Positions 58,263 to 64,000 of a DNA stretch of 64,000 nt are shown one piece after another. The DNA is taken from assembly GCF_009914755.1 (NCBI RefSeq), contig NC_060942.1, one strand, 5' to 3'. Origin of the DNA: the human T2T-CHM13v2.0 reference genome, Homo sapiens. Position numbers and translations under genes: made by a program. The notes beneath the pieces are model-generated. The model searched no databases. It was not told the origin of the DNA and was given only the letters and a program-made list of their open reading frames with translations. How positions within the stretch are numbered: position 1 is the stretch's first letter; every line of letters begins with the position of its first letter.

Positions 58263-58579
58263 TGTTGCAGGACTTTTCCTTACTTCAGCTAAAGACGGGG
58301 TTCTTGTCTGGCCCACGACCATGAAAATTTAGGTTCACAGATGGTTTAAAGGGTGAGTAAAGCAGGGTTTTATTGGGTGAAAAAGGGGAAAAAAAAACCA
58401 AGGGAGAAACCCTCCGCTACAGCACTTCCTGCCAGAGGGTTGGAATCCTAGGTTCCGCACAGGAAGAGGAGGGGCCAAGCTTCACCCCACTGCAAAGGGC
58501 ATGAACTTCCCAAGGCTCCACCTCAGTGGGGAGGCTGGTTGGAGTTTCTCCAGGGACCGCCTCCCACCTGGCTGTCTCA
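58263..58579 (-). mobile_element. MER61-type ERV1 solo LTR
   Basis: The reverse strand begins TGAGACAGCCAGGTGGGAGGCGGTCCCTGGAGAAACTCCAACCAGCC; TG..CA ends; perfect 4-bp TSD ATTG at 58259-58262 and 58580-58583. Confidence 0.88.
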
Positions 58580-58730
58580 ATTGTTTTTAGGTACAAATAG
58601 CAAGTTGATGCAAAGAAAAATATATAAAGTAAATCATGGAGATTATATGTGATTTGGCAAAGGTCATGAAGGATACCATCGCTGAAACTAAACTTTGGAA
58701 TAAATTAGTCTTATCAAATTACAAAGGTAA

Positions 58731-59042
<312 letters not shown>

Positions 59043-60327
59043 TAAGATAATTTTTAAAGGTGCTTAACAGTTTAATCATGATCTAGGCCAAATTTTTTAA
59101 GTGGAAATTGCTGGTCAGTAAGCTCTAATCACTTTAAGACTGAGGACTATATTATAATTGCATGTGCAAACTTGTGGCTAGCATAATGCCAGAATTCAGT
59201 AACTATTTGTGGAATAAATGAGCAGATGAACAGATTCTGCATTCCCATCTTCTTTCTGGCATCAGGTCTCAACTTCAAAAATTTCTTCTTTGCCTACCAA
59301 GTACCTGGATACTTGACTCTACCCCTTGGCTGTCACAATGCCTCTAAAAATCTCATCTGTACTCTGTAGTTCAAAATTGTGTTTCCTCCTCTCATGGCCA
59401 AAGCTTCCTATTGTTTTGAGATTGATATTAAAATTATGAGATTGTAAAGTCATTCATACTAAGCTGCAGAACTGACATGTCTAATTGCCACAAAATGGAT
59501 GTCATTTTAATTGATGCCTTTCTGAATCCAAAGTAATGCCTAATTGACAAAATGCATTAATAACACTCATCTTAAGACTAGGGACTTTCTAGATGTAACA
59601 TTTATATACTGCACAAAAAAGCGGAACCCTATCATCCACTCATTCACTGGTTTTTCAAGTTCTTGTTAGTGTAAAAGAATTAGGAGAATTGCTAGCAGTC
59701 CTTGTAACACTGGCTGGCTAGGTTTTAGTAATAAAAGCACCTAAGGAGCTTTCTTAAACTGCAAATTCCTAGGCCTTATCTTCCGGATATTTGCTTTTAG
59801 TTTTTCAAGTGAAGATATCACGACCCAGTAAGTTTCAATGACCTACCCAAGGTCATACAGACAACTTGCTGTCAGCTGGAACTAACTTTCCTAGCTCTCA
59901 CTATAGGGTTCTTTCTATTATAGAGACTATGATGATTGAAAACAGCTCTAAAACTTTTGTTAAATCCCTGAATTCTTAGTTTTTAAGAAAAGGAGACATG
60001 TTACTAACAAGAGATATTTTTGAAAAGGGCTTGACATTTTATGTTTATGTGTTTTGCTGGCATGGTTGATAGGAAAGCATCTTACCCAGCACACACTTAC
60101 GTTTGTATAGTTGGTTATCCATGGAATATGTTTCATAGGTGTGAATACTTATGTGTCTTACTTATCATTTTTACATAGCATCTACCTGTCCGTAATGGAT
60201 TCTAACAATTGTTTGAATAATTAAATTAATACAAATAATAATAACTAATATTTACTGAGCTTTGATTACATGCTGGTACTATTCTAAACCCATATACATG
60301 TTTTATGTGATTAAAAACCTCAGAGGT

Positions 60328-60675
<348 letters not shown>

Positions 60676-62649
60676 TTAGTCACTAAAGAATAAATGAAAG
60701 AATGATAAAGAGATAAATATAAGCAGTTCTGCCACTATTTTGGATTTAATAACTATGGTTTACTGGAAACATCAAACATTTTAAATGCACAAGATAATTT
60801 TTGTGAAATACATTGCTAGCAAGAGCATTCACAAATAAATATTTGTTCAATTGTGATGAAAATACAAACCAATACAGCAGCTAAGAAAATGAAATGTAGT
60901 CCACAAAACAATAACTAAAGTTGTTCAAAAAAGAAGACCTAATTAATAACTCAGGTTATGTGATTATGAACTTTCAAAGGCATCTGGTTTTGACAATTTT
61001 GTGTGTCTCTAAGAGAACTAATGAAATTTAAAAATCATATCTTTCATCTCAAAAAGCAGTATTTGCTTCAGCAGAATAAATTCATTAATAATGTTCAAAA
61101 TCAATTCGTACTATTAGATATATCCTCCATCAAGAGCTGGAGTTTTCAAATATTTCTAATTATAATGTGGTTCTAGTGAACACATTATAAGCAACGTGCC
61201 TACCTGAAGGGAAATTTTCAAGACATATTAAACTTCGTCGTGTATGCAGTTCTTACAGTTTCACATTTGATAGACTCATAGCCTCACATTTCTTGTAAAA
61301 AGAGTGGTTATTTACTGTTTTAGCTTGTGAGTTTAATTTGAAGGTTTTCATATCCTTGTTGATACTGGTAATTTTCAGTATGTGCTAGAAATAATGACTA
61401 TGTTTATGACACACGGAATATTTTTATTCTGTGCTCTCTGTCTAATGGGGTCACAAAGTATTTAAACACAAGAAATTTGTAGTCACTCCGCCATCTACGA
61501 GTGAAACAGAGTGCACAGAATTTTAGTGTGAGATCCTAATAAGTAAGAATTTCTTGTTCCTAATGCCAGATACAGGTAGTGAAGATAATTTGATGGAATA
61601 AATTGAGTCCTCCTTAATAGTAAGACTTCTCCTGGAACAAGGTTTAACGTATTATGGATATATAAAATCAAGAAGGAAATGTTTCAAATTGCTAATCTAT
61701 TATGCATGCATTATCTTATATTCTATAACTCAATGGCAGCAGACCAGAGCCCTGCCAACCTCTGCAGAATGCGGTCATACTGCTCCCCCATGGAATGAAG
61801 TATAGAACAAATCTACCAATCCTGGTATGTCTGTGCTAATGAGATCTACTTGGTGAAATGCTTGTTCATTAAAAACCTAAGAACAGAAATAATGGGATAC
61901 ATGGGAACTGAAGTTCCAAAATGTCTCAACACTAATAAATAATAGTCAAATCATATTTAGTAAGTAGCCACATGTATTCAGATCATTTAACCATCATGTA
62001 GCCAGGGGTCTGCAGTAAATAAATTCTGTCCACCTCACTTCTAGGACATAAAATCTGGGCAATGCCTTAATTAGATAGTGACTGGGGAACAGGAGGTGAC
62101 AGTAATGGATTCACAGCAAAGGCAAGCATTTTGCTATATTTCCAATACAGTTGCTCTACACAAATTAATGCCAAACTCAAATCAGATAAATATTCATTTT
62201 CTTTCTTTCTTTTTTTTTTTTTTTTTACTTATGCAAACATTTATTTTCAAGGAGCAAGGAGGTTTTTATCAAGACCACACAGAAATCACCAAAAAGAAAA
62301 AATCACTTATTTTTCCAGGGAAATTTGAAAGCCTCCAGCCCCATTCTATAAATGTGTTGCATTAGTAATGACACCTTACTAGACTCCTCAGGGGAATAAT
62401 AGATTATGCCAAAAAATAAAATGGTGTTTATTTTATCATTCAGTAACTACCCGGAAAAAGGAAAGAGTAAAAAGGAGGGAAGCAAAAAATCAGTTTATTG
62501 ACTGCCTTGTAGGCATCAGATATTTTCACGTTTAATATTTTATCAACTAGTTATGCCAGATATTATGATGATGATCACCACCACTTAAAATAAAAGGTGA
62601 AAAGAGGGTCAAAGAAGATAATGAATTTGCTTATAGTCATGGGCAATAG

Positions 62650-63240
62650 TTCGTTTATTTAAATAAATATTTAATGAGTAGTTACTATGTACCAGCCGTT
62701 ATTCTTAGTGTTAAACACACAACAGTGACTCACAAAGTTCTGTCTATGTTAAAATAAAAATCTAATAAAAGTAAAGATAAGTACAGATTGTAGTAAATGC
62801 AGTATAACAAGTAAAGATGGTGTTGTTCATAACAGAGAGTGGGGAGTGGAGAAGTCTCTTAAGTTGGGTGGGCAGGCTAGGATGTTTTGAGGAGGAACTA
62901 TTTGAGCAAAGATAAGGTTGTGTAGGAATAAATCATTTGGAAAGCTCTGGTAGTAGTGTTCCAAGATGAACAAAAATGCAAAGTCTGAGAGACAGGAGGT
63001 TCTTTGGTGTGTATGAGGAACAGAAAGGCTGATCTTATAGGAGTCAGTAAGTTCAGGGGACATTAGTTAAGGTAAGTTTGAATAAACAAGCTGTGTCCAG
63101 CTTTTGTGGGACCTTGTAGAAATACTAATAATTAGGTAGTTGGATTTTATTTTAAATGTATCATGAAGCCACTAATTTTTTTTGTTAGTTTATTTTTAGG
63201 TTAAAAATATTGCTTATGTTGAGTTTGGAAGGCAGATTGC
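62650..63240 (-). mobile_element. L2 3' fragment
   Basis: AAATATTTAATGAGTAGTTACTATGTACCAG..GGATTTTATTTTAAATGTATCATGAAGCCACT. Confidence 0.7.
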
Positions 63241-63249
63241 AGAGTTTCT

Positions 63250-64000
63250 GTTTTGAGGAATGGCTGACAATGTGTTGTAGAATAATCCCCCTGCTGAGCA
63301 CACAAGAAAAGAAGGACAACTAGCTCTTCTTCCTGATCCTCTCCCTCTTCACTGAACTTAAAATAAAAGTTGGAAATTAAAAAATAATAATAAAATCATA
63401 ACAAAAAAAGATGGACAAGATATAAAAATCATCTGCTTGAATACATAACAGAGCTAGCAAAGCATGAGAAATTACAGGTCTTAAACCCTTTGGAGGAAGA
63501 AAACCCAGGTAAATAAGCCAGACATCTGGGGATAGCTTTTCTGCAAGAAGCATCTGCTAAACCAGAAGAAGCATTTGGGAGAGTGAGACGTTGAGTAGAC
63601 ATTTTAAAGTCTTCTGAGCTAAGAGAAGAAAGATTGCTCTTCAATGTCTGCCAAAGATGAGGAACTCTAATAAAATGTACAACTTTAGACAGAGATTCTG
63701 ATAGACTCAATATCTTAGTTGTAAGTGTGAACCAGAAAGAAATCAGCTGTGAAACCTACTAAAGCCCAGCTTCAAAAAGTCTCAGTCCCTAAAATTTGAT
63801 CAAAATGATCTGTGACTGCTAGTGCCCCAGACTGTCTACCAGAAGCAAAGGCAAACCTTCTCTAGATTAACATGACATTATCCTAGGCTTCAATTTTTTT
63901 GTAACAACTTTACATATACAGTCCCATACCAGAAAAAAAGGAGACAAGACAATGCGGTAAAAATATGAGAAATAATAGATAATGGAAGATAATAGAATTA
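63250..64000 (+). mobile_element. Probable old L1M 5'-region remnant
   Basis: Resembles degenerate L1M 5' text (TTTGATCAAAATGATCTGTGACTGCTAGTGCCCCAG..CAGAAGCAAAGGCAAACCTTCTCTAGA); weak support. Confidence 0.45.

Noticed and set aside
58490-58515. p53 response element in the MER61 LTR
   Set aside because: Some MER61 subfamilies carry p53 sites, but GGGCATGAAC here does not fit RRRCWWGYYY and no second half-site is evident.
57900-58705. Possible hAT-Charlie relic hosting the MER61 LTR
   Set aside because: Only a vague resemblance at the right end; it cannot be supported without an alignment.

Overview
This window is AT-rich, repeat-dense human genomic DNA; the AluYb8 insertion at 43990-44328 belongs to a human-specific subfamily. 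I see no intact protein-coding gene, RNA gene, CRISPR array or CpG island. The only gene-derived sequences are two decayed, intronless processed pseudogenes on the minus strand: RBM22 (about 22520-24550, split by an Alu) and PA2G4/EBP1 (about 56253-57843). Each is inserted into an old L1. From memory this pair fits RBM22P1 and PA2G4P3 on 18q near CHST9/CDH2, but I could not check that. The rest is Alu, L1M, L2, MIR, MaLR/ERVL/ERV1 solo LTRs, Tigger/Charlie DNA-transposon relics, microsatellites and some unique non-coding stretches. Repeat subfamily names come from recalled consensus sequences, and boundaries are approximate unless a target-site duplication (TSD) is given. I found no evidence of a new biological system. 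The most notable observations are: (1) about 500 bp of non-RBM22 sequence apparently co-inserted at the 5' end of the RBM22 retrocopy; (2) a short templated insertion copied from about 950 bp away into a hairpin; (3) an AluYb8 with an extra 23-bp duplication; (4) a PA2G4 retrocopy whose surviving ORF starts at the p42-isoform Met; (5) a 5'-intact L1 that lost ORF2 next to a half DNA transposon.
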